From: Tubulanus polymorphus
Lineage: Eukaryota > Animalia > Nemertea
Direction: 5' to 3'
DNA: 64,000 nt
NCBI RefSeq assembly: GCF_964204645.1
Contig: NC_134031.1
Span: forward strand, 15,549,807-15,613,806
Each line of letters begins with the position of its first letter. Position 1 is the first letter of the stretch. Below are positions 26,466 through 39,105 of this stretch, one piece after another. The notes under the pieces were generated by a model. The model was given only the letters and a program-made list of their open reading frames with translations, ran no database searches and was not told the origin of the DNA. The position numbers and the translations under genes are program-made.

Positions 26466-29400
26466 GATTCGGGGTTAAAAATCCAGTTTAAATTTCATGG
26501 ACGACGAACTAACTTTCACTACGCATGATTGAGATGATTTTTGCGCAAACTGGTGTGTACCAACGGAGGTACGTCATTGTACTGCAAGGAAGAATCAATT
26601 TTTCTGTTGAAATTACGGACGGCTTTCGTTTTCGACTAGGGAGTAACCGACATCAAACGAACTGCAATATAGTCGTAAAATGATACCTGCTATGTTTTCT
26701 TCGTCGGGAGAATCAAAATTGCGTAACAGAAATTAGACGCCGCGTAAAGTAAAACAAAGAATCAGACGAACCGACGAGAGAGTTCTATAGACGTGTTGCA
26801 AAATGACAACAATCAAAGCAGCGAATCACAGAAGATCGAAAATGGAAAAACAAGTCTGTTTACACTTGACAGGTCGTTGTCGTCTGCGAAAGAGAGAAGT
26901 TAATCAGAAATTCATCACGCATTGCTTTTCATCTTCTATACTCGCGCTACTCGTTGCACCGAAATACCGTGTTTGTTTCTCATGTCTCTCTTGTCGGAAC
27001 GATAGTCCGGTGACGACCCTTTGATGGGCTTTAATAACACGATAGAAAGATCGGTTTCCCCTGCCACCGCGCGCGTTGCGTAACCTGGCTACTTTTCCGT
27101 GCCTTGAATTAGGTATCTTGTCGTGAGGTCAAAATACTGAATTTCATTTATCGAGACTTGAAATCAAAATACGCGACGTTTCGAGATCTCACTAGAAATC
27201 ATCGTCAGGTGCGAGGGGTGTATTTGATAAGTCTTGATAAATGAATTTTTGCATTCTGTATATATAGCGGGTTTTCAACTTATTATCTGTTCTCCACGTT
27301 TGAATGTATGGGTCATGCTACTACCAAAATACTGGTTCCAAACTTCTCTGCGCACTTGCGCTCAGAGAACTAAAGCAGTTTATCAGGGAAAATGGGATAA
27401 CGAATTTATGGCTTTTTGGCCAAATAACTTCAAAGAAAAGAGTGTGATAAAAGCAGATTTCAGCCTGGATTCATCCAAAACATGTACATCAGGTTCCTTG
27501 CGATTTTTGGGAACGGCCATCTTTTCAAGTCGCGAATAAGCTAATGAACCTGATGGATGTATATATTTTTCTTGTCTTTTAAAGCCGATACGAATATTAA
27601 CGGGAGTAGTTTCATCCATGTCCGCAGAAACGTCGTTTAACAGCTATAAATAACATAATACATATGATTATCATCATCACAAGGACCCGAGCCTGTTATC
27701 AATCGTTTTTTGATGAGACGTACCCGTGACGAGAAAATAACGACGTAATGAGTATTTAACAGATGTTTTGAATTGAGAATTTTCTATTTTTACGAATTCC
27801 AAGTCCGAATCTACGTAATAGCAATAAGGCGTTATTTCGTACAAAAAGTACGGACTGGTAGAGAGCAAAAGAGAATACAAAATCCCCAAAAAATCTGAAT
27901 AATTTATACACGTACATTCGAAATGTACAAATCTTACAGACTACGTGACTTAGAGATCAAGTATAGCCTATTCATCGAAATTCTTATTATGATCTTATTC
28001 AATATCACTTTATTCTTATTCAATGATCATTTTTTTTTATAAACGCTGAACTTGAATATTTAAATGAATATTGAATAAATATTTACGCTTTTCAATCATT
28101 CATACTTCAGTAATCCATCACTCATATAGCAAAGATTTCTCAAGAATGATTATTATGTTTACATGTTACACTATATATCGTTTAAAAACAAAAGCTATTT
28201 TTGGCTATACTTGATCTTTAACAGTAATTTGTGAGGTGTTTTATCTCATTTTTGATAAATTGAAAGTTAGGAGATGGATAAAACACAAAAGGTCAAAATA
28301 CGCGTGGTGTTCATATATCAATTGACCGTCCGAATTTCATTACACGCTTCGGATTGGACTAAATTTGAATTTTTCGCACCGTCTTCAGAAATCTTCATTT
28401 TTATCGTCGTCAATGATCTAATTTCAACAGAAATCGAAATGGTAACTCTGCATTACGCGGAAAACGTGAATCGACAAACCCAATCAGGCGCCTGGTGTTG
28501 CGTGAATTAATGAATTGGGATTTGTACCGAATAATATTGAATTATTGCTATAATCTAATTGGTAAATGCCCAACGGCAATACGATATTTAGCGACTGATG
28601 ATGAAACCGAGAATAGCGACGATATTACAAAAACCAATTCAACCAAAAAAATCCTCAGTGTAATTGTTTGTAACAGGTTCATAGAGTAAGTCAAAAAGCT
28701 AAACAGAATACGGATTTTGAAATGTCAAAGTAATATAACGAATTCGACCGATCTAATATTGGTATGAACCCCCTCCAACATCGCGAGCTCTATTTCATAA
28801 TGAAATGATTAATTACTTTAACCGAGTTGGGCAAGCCTACCAGCAGTCTATACATCTATAAATCGGTCGCAATCCTTCCCGGAAAATATATACTTAAATC
28901 TACTTCGATATCTACTTATAAAGTATCTAATAATAAGCGCACTGTGGTCGCTACTTATTGTTACATATTATATTAATACCACGGGGTTTAGATAAGATTA
29001 GGGCAGTGTATGATATTATCCGAGTTGTTGCTTTGTGGCAGAGCAGTAAATGCGAAAAATATGGAAGCTGCCGTGGTGAATCTAGGAGATAAAACAGTAA
29101 ACCGACTCGCCGTGCGTGCTGCCGAGAAGTCGTTAATGAATTTTCATTGTCTCTTTCTCGTAGCTAGAAATCCAGCCGCGCGCACTCTCAACTCAAAACG
29201 CTGTTTAGTAACGAGGCAGACCGTAGAAATGTGTTGTGAGTTGAAGGAAACACTTAACCTTTGTCGACGCAGGACATTTTCAGCGAAGCATTTCAATTAG
29301 TTAGTTTATCTCGATTCGAGGTAGATGTGATGTTTGAGTTCCAGGAAACTGATGATGATGATGATGATGATGGTGACGACGAAGCTACCTGGGGATTTGT

Positions 29401-30866
29401 GTCAAATATTTCAATGATTAATTTGCGTTTTTCCAATAAACGGCCAATAAAGAAGTTAAACTGTGAGTAAAGCGTCGATGGGAATATGGATGCTCGGCTA
29501 CCGAGACTTTTAAACAAAATGGGACCGACTTCACAGGACAACAGGACTATGCCGTCTCTCGCGGCCGGTTCCATGGTACGAAGTCCTGCCAAACCAAGAC
29601 CTATAGATTATAGTCGACACGGAATTACGCATCTTGACTAGACGGCGGCCGAGAACGAGACGGCAAGATGACTGACAAATAAAAGCCGCGTCTTGTCAGA
29701 GAAGTTGTAATGAATGTTCGATCTACTGCGAACGCGTTGGCATTCATGAGCAGAATGATATGTAGAATTCTTCTTGCTTGTGAATGACGCGAAAATCCCG
29801 ATGGAATTCGCCGACGATGATTAGACCGTTTTATCGACTGAATGCCCCGTAATGGAATTAAATGTCAAATTCAAGTCATCGCTTTCCGTCCGAGGCTTTT
29901 CGGAACAAAAGTTAACTTTTCGCAGACCCAGTCCCACGTTTAGGTAACGAGTCTATACTAAACTGTTGGTTGCTTTTACTTAAACTGTTTTCGTTACCCG
30001 GTCGAAATATTAGTCATCACCTGTAAAAATTGGTTATATTCATCTTTTTGTTTTCTATTTACAAAGCCGAGCACGTTTTTTAAAGATTCCATGGATTCAT
30101 CAACGCTAACATTAAAAAGACGAGCGTAAACAGTGTTAGGGAGTAGCACATAGCTGTAGGACACTATCTAACGTGGAATTTCTGAGATGAACGCCCCATC
30201 CCAAGGAAACGTGCACTCGTTAGTTCAAAGGAAACTTTATTTGATAATTATGACATCTGAATATCTACGTACGACGCCTTCGGGGCCGATCATCATCACA
30301 TGCGTTTTGAGACCGGAGGGCAGTAACTATACATCGCATACGATCGCGTATGCATAGTAAATACGCACTGTATGGTATCACTATTGGTTTTATTTAGTCT
30401 TATAATTAAGGACATCAAACACGACATGACGATGAACCAAAGTTGATAGCCAAACAGCTACGATATATTTTCGAAATACGATCATCACGGTATTTGCTTA
30501 TTCAGCATATGATTTTTGTCAACGTCTTCGTTATACACAGTGACAAACGACAATGATTGATGACTGACGACATTTTCTATGAGGAGATGGAATCAATGTC
30601 TGAGTCATCGTCATCAACATCTTTCTTATGATTATCGTTTGTTTTGGTGATACATGCATAGATAGCCTATATCTTGTCCATCTAGACAAATACGCTGCGT
30701 AAACATATTCTTTTAGAAAGCCTCAATTCAAATTCCCCAGAAGCGTTGACATGTTATGCTAGCAAAGTTAAATTGAGTCGGCCTGACAATGATTAAACGA
30801 AAAACAATCAAAACGAAACAGTGTTGATGAAAACGTGAATTTTGCTGACACAACATGTTTGCCTAC

Positions 30867-31019
30867 CTTGTCCAAGGACGGACTGGAATTGGAGAGCTCC
30901 TACTCGGCAAACCCTCGAAACTAGAACTCTTTATCTCGTATTTGCTACCCCGTCGCCCGGTTGGGCGTTTCGATAAACAGCTATGCATTTTCCTAAGCAA
31001 CGTTTTGTTACGGTATGAA
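30867..31019 (-). CDS. Internal coding exon (phase 2/2) of the same large gene
   Basis: ttttcttttctatcag| acceptor and AAG|GTAGGC donor. The 153 nt are open in the phase left by the 42257 donor: (D)SYRNKTLLRKMHSCLSKRPTGRRGSKYEIKSSSFEGLPSRSSPIPVRPWT. Confidence 0.7.
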
Positions 31020-31302
31020 CTGATAGAAAAGAAAACGATGGCGTGTGGCGTATCCTTGTGTAGTTTTCTAGTTTCACCTGTTGTAAAGATACTGTTTTCC
31101 CCGATGCAACCGTTCAGAACTCAAGGTCTTTGATCGATAAATCCTAACGTAACCATGTTTTCAGTTTTGTCGCCTGTTTTTTTTCCCAGCTCAAAGCTAG
31201 TACGAGCTTTACATCCAAGAAACCGTGGAAACTTCGCTCGAAGTTTTGATGTCGGAGCGAGATGAATATCGGATCGTCCACGACAAGACCAATGGCACTT
31301 AC

Positions 31303-31500
31303 TCAGTTACTCGACCATCGTGTACTGTATAAATGATGTGGCAGGTCTCGTTGGAGATGACGGTTTGCCTGAGATCAGTATAACGCGTGGTGTAATACTT
31401 CGTGTGGCGGTGGTATCGTCTTCGGGAGCGCACGCGCGAATGCTGACGATTTCGGTCCCTTCCGCTACCGTTTACAATCAAACCGACTGCGCCGATTTAC
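31303..31500 (-). other. Candidate alternative 5'UTR exon feeding the 31019 exon
   Basis: Donor GA|GTAAGT at 31303, 283 nt upstream of the 31019 acceptor. The downstream exon has its own in-frame aaaATG (MHSCLSK). Confidence 0.4.
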
Positions 31501-33144
31501 CAAACAAAACCGCGTTACCATGGTAATGATGCAGATTGCTTCAACCACCGTCCTAAGTTTTAAATCCGGGAGCGTATAGTATTTTTTTAGTCGGGTTGAT
31601 GCTAAAAGTTTTTGACACTGCGTGACGAAAAAGTGTTTTCCAGCCGTCGCGTCCTTCAGCGACCTCTAAATCATCGAATCGGTATTTTCGCCATGAATCA
31701 ATTTACTGTTTCCCAGAATTCGTTCAATATTCAATCTGCACCAGCGCTACTGCGCGTCGGGGAAAACATTATTTTCCGTCGACTTTTCTAGCATTTTTAC
31801 CCACTCCGTACGTCGGGTAACTTCGTATCATATTATCATTTCGTATTGCGCGTGACATATTCATTTACGAAGGTAGGTTTCACTCCGGAAAATATGAATG
31901 AAACATGCGTAATAGAGTCGGCGTCTTCTGAGGAAAGTTAATGGCAGGTTAATACCAAGGCACCGTGTTTTTTTGTTTATAGTGTCTTCCTGGCGAAAAA
32001 GGAAAGATGAAGCCCGCAAATATCACAGCGCGTTGACAGAGGGCACTCGACGCCGGATGTCTCGTTACTTGGCGCCATGATTTTTCGAGTATATACTGAA
32101 CATAATTTTTCGTCCTTTCGGAATAAACGCGCGACTGTAGCCCCGCTTTATTCCGCTTTAATTTACGAGTTCGCGTTGGAAACTGAAAGGCGCAGTCCCG
32201 CTAGAGATTCGTATGAAGCTCTATGTGTTGCCCTTTGAAGTGTATTCGCGACACGGGTTTCCTTTCATCATCATCTCCAAAGCATTTTCGGCGTACGATC
32301 TTTAATGAATAATGAAAAAGCGAACTATGACGTTTTACGATTATGCGTTCCATTAAGCGGAATGGCCACTTCCGTAGAACGATATTATCTTATGAAATTG
32401 TACTTCACTTTCTGAAGTTTGAGTAGAGAAGAAACGGATTTCGGATCTACAAATCATTTTCTACCGCGCGTACTTCACAATCTTCTCAGATGGTATTTTC
32501 CGCAAGAAATATACCCTATATATATATATACAGCTTGGTCAAAAACGACCGGTGGTTCATCTCGTTATCAACGTCGACCAGTTGAGATTGACGAGGAAGT
32601 GGTTTTGACTTTCAGAATCACGTCTGTATTCGTCTAGCAGCGCAACCGTTCGTTGTTGTTTCAGTGAAAACCGACCCCTACACAGATAGATGGCCGCGTG
32701 ATCAGCATCTCCGAACCGAACTATCATCTGCGACACGTATCAATTCTGCCGTAGTCATAGTAACGCGTCCACACGCAGAACCTCACGTCGTCGAATCCGC
32801 TTTCTTCCTGATTTTGCCAATTTTACGGTTTATCGGTCTATACCCCGAAAAAAAAAATTCAAAAGCTACGGAAACTCGAGATTGGAGCTTTTTTTGCGAC
32901 GAAATACGAACAGATCTGATTGAAGAATTATGAGCGCGATGAATGGTTACCGAGTAAACTATTATGTCGTCACAAACATCTCGAGTTTCGTCGCTATTTT
33001 TCGGTAGAAAAAAATGTTTTCGCAGTAAGCAGTCAGATAGGTGAATAACGGTGCAAAGTTCTACCGTTAAATCTGCTTTTCTGCTTTGAAACTTACAAAG
33101 CGCGTCAGTTTTGTTTTTGAATCAATGGGTAACCCGCGAAACCG

Positions 33145-33680
33145 GCTTTCCCATCAGATGGCGTGACGAGAAGAACGTCGTTCGTTGTCAAAATTAGTTC
33201 ATTTTCAATGAAATCTGAACTGGATTGTTAGACTCCCGAATTTATGTATTATCACAGCGGGCACAAAATATTCAATACCTTCACTACTCTACTCGGATAT
33301 CGGTATAGTTTTCATATTAAATGATTTATTCATTTAAGAGAAAATTTCAAACAGATTTAATTGAAGTGTAGAAGAAATCGAATGCAGACGACCAACTATC
33401 TACTAGTGAACCTGGCGGATCCTTGCCTGCCTCACGTGGAATCTTCGATTGCCACAGTAGCACTGCGGATACCCCCATTGACTCCCCAATCAATGAGCTG
33501 CCGGAACTGCTACTGTGGCAAGCGAGGATTCCACGTATAGCAAGCGTGGATCCGCCAGGTTCGCTAGTAGTTGCGCCGTAACCGGGCTTAAATTTCTTCT
33601 ACATTTCAAATTACTTCGTATATACTTTTTAAGTGAATCCACGTTTCAGTGAAATATATACACCAAACACTGATTGGGAA
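33145..33680. repeat. Second copy of the same family, with a long internal hairpin
   Basis: 63-bp arms at 33400-33462 and 33508-33570; outer pairing of 33361-33378 with 33592-33609. Confidence 0.8.
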
Positions 33681-36600
33681 AGTTATTTCTATATCTCTCT
33701 ATATTTGGTTTGAGAACCCTCTCTACCAGACGATGGTCGCAAGGTGTCAACCACGGAAGCAGTCTTTCTACCCGAGAACTAACAGGGATTGAAATGACCT
33801 GTCCGAGTTCGTAACGGCAGCTGAGAACCTTAAATGTTTCAAGGCTCTCATCCATACCGCCGATGTGGTCTTTTAAGTTAAAGTTTTTGAAAAAATCCAA
33901 AAAGTTTGTTTCGTTTTAGCATGCGCACCACAAATGGTATATCCATCAAAAAGCTGGCGTTGGCCTTTAACTTGGCTGAAGTTGAAGTTGAAGTGCCTAA
34001 AATTCGGTTCAAACATCATTGAAAATGACCTGATTTTCACTTCGTTCGTTGCGTAAGAAGGACCTTTGAAATTGTTTCGCCGTTTTCGGTCGATGAACAA
34101 AATGAAGCAAACCACACCGCCAACTCGGCGTAACGCGAACGCGTTATTTGCTTACAGAGGTTTTTCATCTTCAAATGAAAAGTAGCTCGTTAGTTCATCT
34201 TACCGGCCGGATATTCCCTGAAAGCTTGCCGCATCACGTCCACGCGCATGAAAGAATCAGACGAACGCTACGATGCCGAGAATTAATAACTCATGAATGT
34301 TTCAAACTTGCCAGCACGTTACTATTATACCATCAAAACAAAGGGCTGAGCGCAATTCTCGTCTCGGAGCACGTCCCGTCAATTCTAACGGCGGTGTAAA
34401 CGACCAGTAGAGATGGGGGTCAGTCGGAGAGAGTTAATCCGTTAAATCAATGGTGGTTTTACAGTGATCGATCAAGCCGACAATAGGAACCGACGATGAA
34501 GGCGCGAAGAAAGATTCCGCGCAGCAAAACCTCTGCGGGAAATATATACATTCCGATTTCAGTTCATTTTAGTATATGTTCCCACTGGTGATGTAAACCC
34601 AATTCGGGTCTTAACCCACTAACAGGCAGCGAATAGACCAAAACATGGCTGAATTCAAATTGAACCCAAAACTACGAAACGGGTGTTGGTATTATTGTAC
34701 TATCCTTATGCATAGTTGCTCGACTGAACTGAACGCGAAATTTATTGGGAATTGTTTCGTTGGCTTTTCGATGTAATGTACCAAATAACTATGACTGCGC
34801 CAGACGAAAGCCTCGTAATTTTTACATCGGGTTTTCTGTGTAATGCTTAAGATCGTCATTGATAACAAAAATAGCATCGCTATTGTTTGAAGTTCGAAGT
34901 TTGAGGGTGCATGGAAATAGTGGAACAAATGGGGGGTTGGTAGTTTTGAAATCAATGAGTTCTTAGATGTGTTCTCCCATTGTGATCGTAAACCAAATGA
35001 TATCTAGGATTCTATATATTGTGGATTTTTTTGCAGAACTCAGATTTTATGGGTTTGCGCCGGTTGCGTGCCTGTACATGTTGCAAAACAACACACAGTG
35101 TATGTCCATCGGCAAAAATATATCCGATGATCAAATCTCAAGAGACGCAGCGTCGAAGTCGTTCAATTATTAACATCTCAGGTTGACGTCACTAGAAGGA
35201 TGAGTAAAAACCGGCTATCATGTCACGGAGTACGAATTACTTCAGTTGCATCTCGCGTGTTTCGATAAACATTTTAATATTTAAACGCGAATTACCGAAA
35301 GATAGACGTTTTCTGCACGGAACATTAACTAGAAGGTCACCAGTCGGCTCGAGATACCGAAAGAACGCGCGTTTCGATGATGAAAACAAATCGGGTTTCG
35401 AATTCACGGATTCTCGAAATCTTAAGAAGTAACGGTTTATTGTGACGTCATCGCCGTTTCATCGGATGAAAAACGAGTCGTTCGGATTTAAATTGTTTTT
35501 AGCTACTCGGGTACTTGGCTGCTGTGGCAAGTGCCGTCGTCGCTGGATTTCTTCTTTTACGCAGTAAAATTCTAAAAACAAATCTGAAAGTCGTGCCAGC
35601 ATGACATCAAAATGTAAATCACTTGCACTATGCCTGAAGAGGGGATTATGTAACTAGCGAAAACGTTCGCTACAATAAATACTCATTAGAAAATTAGAAT
35701 TTTTCTGTTCTCGCTAGTAACTGTGGATTTTTAACATATGAGTTTGTGTGATTTTGACTATTTTTCGGATTGGAAAACTAAAAATGACTAGAGAACAAAC
35801 TTGATCGAGTAGGTCTGATATTTCAGTGGCGACATCTGGCGGGATAGCTGGCAGGCCGGTTCCTCGCCATAAACGTACCGTGGCAATATTTGCATTCTAA
35901 CAGCGGCGAAAATACCCGTTTCAATTTTCGAAAAGCGGGGCGATTTCACATCGACATTTAGCGCCCCCGCGGCAACGTACGGTTCAAAAGAATCCGATAC
36001 GTACAAATAGTCTAGCTTGATTTTCATCATTTCAAATGGCTCTTTTCTCATTCTCCGCGCAGTTCGTGCGCTTCCGTTTGTAGAAAGTATATTGACAATG
36101 CCGCGAGAAAATTATGCGTCTAATGCGTCAGAACGAAAATATAACTAATCAAGCAGCGACGGTCCTCCGTGATTCTTTTAAAAGCGCGCATTATTAATAT
36201 TGTATTACATTTAGGGACTCGAGGAGGGGCGGTTGTGATGATGAGTTCCTCGATTGCGATGCACCATTAACGTAATGACGGTCGGCTGATGGGAAAAAAC
36301 CGCTTTGTCGCACGTGAGGTTGCAAGCCTTCCAAGAATTCTATATACACGGCTAATCTTCGACAAACTGTTGTACAAAGAGGATTTATAGGCAGATGAAC
36401 ACGGCCATCAGTTACCAATAACGCCTTAATATACGCGTCGTCTTCTTACTAAATCGTCGTAACCATTTTTTGCCATTTTTGTTCTCTAATTTCGGCGCCA
36501 TGATTTTACTCTTCGACAGCAGGGGCCGTTCAACGGGTCAAATTTATTTAACGGAAAGGACAGGCTATGAACAGAGATTGAGAGAAAAAACCTAAACGGG

Positions 36601-36931
36601 TCCCGACTAACTCCACTATAAGAAGACTGTAAATTGTATATGAGTGACACCTCATGTTCATTGTATATGGGTGACACGCGTTCACGTACATTAAATCTCG
36701 TCTAAAACTCAGACACGGTTTACTCAAACAAGAGTTTGAAATCATTTTATTTAACTGTTAAAGTATTTGCCGATCCGTACGTAGCTAGGACCAACATTCC
36801 AGGTCATATTCTGTGCTATCACCAATACAGCCGTTGAAATTATTGCAACGCTTTAAAGTGTCCTCAGTTGTATAATTGTGCATATCAATTGATAGCTCTC
36901 GCTGCTAACTGTGTCGGTATGCCGATCCCAG

Positions 36932-37166
36932 GGCCAAATTCGGTTTCTCGTAGCTAGTCGACTAGTGGTCGGAACTAATAACCGAACGCGCTATAGTTCG
37001 GTCGTGACGTATTTCACAGTGTCGGCCATCTTGGAAATGGGTCGGAACTATAGCGACTGTACTCAATCCTGTGGTCGACCGTTTACGGACCATAGTTCCG
37101 ACTAACGGACATTCGGTTTCGTTTAGTTCGACTATAGTTGACTAACTCTGATAACCAAAGTTCGCC
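36932..37166. mobile_element. MITE with CAG TSD
   Basis: Imperfect TIRs of about 33 bp (GGCCAAATTCGGTT...AGTCGACTA and TAGTTGACT...AACCAAAGTTCGCC) flanked by CAG; internal TAGTTC(C)G repeats. Confidence 0.7.
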
Positions 37167-37932
37167 CAGTTTGTCCGATTTGGGCGAGTTCTCGTTTTTT
37201 ATTTGCTCTGTTGTACAACTAAATCTGCCCTTTCCGACCTACCGTCGTTCGCGGGCTTCAAAATCAATATATCAGAATCTCTGTATATCACCAATCTAAA
37301 GTACGGACTGAATTCGCATAATAAGCGGTCTGACTTCGAATATCAACTAGATCATCGAGTGATAAGAACGAACGTTGGCGCACTTCCCCAGTGGATTCAT
37401 TTTTGCGACGAAACAATTCCAGCGCGATAGAAATTCGAATTCGAAATTGAAATCGCGTTCGGCGACGCGCAAAAATGCTAACTCGTCAAAAACGTCTGAG
37501 CGCGTTTCGCACGTTAGAACGCGCGGCGACACCACTCCCGCTCGGCGGATAACATGAAATAAATCAAATTGTCGACCGTATATCCAGCGCTCAATTGACG
37601 TGTATTCAAAAATCGAGCGCGACTTAAAAAAAGGAAATCAATCGACGATGCTGTAATTGTGATTTAGTTGCGACGATCGCATGTTTTATCGGTTTATCTC
37701 ATATAGACATTGGCTCCATAAAACGCGCCACAATCACCCGTCGACTTCATCCGCGCGTGCGACAGTCAATGACTGAGTACGCAATTCATATCTCGCTCAA
37801 TTCCTTTATTCTTTTGTTATTCTCGCGCCGAGTTTGAGACGACGCGCAAGCTGTCTGCCATTACTTCATGACGTCAACAACTCATTAACTCATGCGATAA
37901 TTGATATTTCCTGAAACGTATTGCATATCGCG

Positions 37933-38058
<126 letters not shown>

Positions 38059-38339
38059 GTAATTAATTTGCATCGTGGTGGACGCGATAGACGAGGCAGA
38101 ACGCGCGAACACGAGTGAAATTGGCAGCGAATCTAAACTTAATGATAAATTTGGTTTCGTATCTGTCTAGAAGAAGGCTTCATAATCAATCAACACGCCT
38201 ATACGTCATCAAATCGATGTGGTGTATGATGTATACTAGCCTTCCGCCAGATGTCGCGACTTACAACTAGGTCTTCTGATTGAATATGACCCACTTGTAA
38301 TACTTTAGGTGATGAAACCCATTTTCTGTTTGACTGTAC

Positions 38340-39105
38340 CTTACTTAACGAACCCCGCAAAAACTATTTGAATTTGAATACCTTTAATACCTTTGATATT
38401 CTGAAAAACCCAACGGTCCAATTAGCTCAATTCATTAAGACCGGCTTAGATGTGTATAGATCCCTCCAATAGTATATGTAGTACTGTAAATGGTTGATGT
38501 ATATATATTTTGTTACGTTTTCGTTCTCTAAATTTTAATCACTTCAGTGTTGTTTTGTAAATATTTGTATATACATGTGTAACAGTTTTCCTCCATATAC
38601 CATGGGAATGGTTGGAGTGTAAATAAAATCGTAATCGTAATCGTAATCGTTATCTTACATTTCAGTTTTTAATTGCACTCTACTGAATGAAATCCGCGAA
38701 AACATGTTGAATTTGAACTCTTCAGGCAATCTTGATATTCTATCAAATCCTACTATCCACTTCATAAGAATTCATAAAACAAGGCTTAGATGTATATTGT
38801 TCTATCCAATGATTAGTATGTTGTAAATAGTGTATGTATGTTTTGTTGACAACTTTGTAAAATTTTATCAAGACAAGTTTATATTTTCTGTTAAAAAATA
38901 TTGTATATTTCATAGTCTCCCTCCATGCATGCACCACAAAAATGGTTGGATTGTAAATAAAATCCTAATCCTAATATTTACCTTGCTTGTTATAGTCCTG
39001 AAATGTTTTAATTTTTCTCTTAATGTAAACATTTGTAAACGAAATTCTTTTCCCTCCACATACCAAGTAAGGAGAGTAATAAAATTAATCTATCTTATCT
39101 TATAC
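38340..39105 (+). mobile_element. Stack of 2-3 LINE 3' ends
   Basis: Two related segments (TTGATATTCT...GGCTTAGATGT...ATGGTTGGA.TGTAAATAAAA) end in (AATCGT)4 at about 38650 and (AATCCT)2 at about 38975; a third AATAAA..(ATCTT)n tail lies at about 39100. Confidence 0.65.

Noticed and set aside
26748-26903. Plus-strand frame NQTNRRESSIDVLQ...
   Set aside because: Short, bounded by stops, with no ATG or credible acceptor.
35630-35680. CTGAAGA...GAAAACGTT hammerhead-like motif
   Set aside because: No convincing stem II; at best a decayed PLE end.
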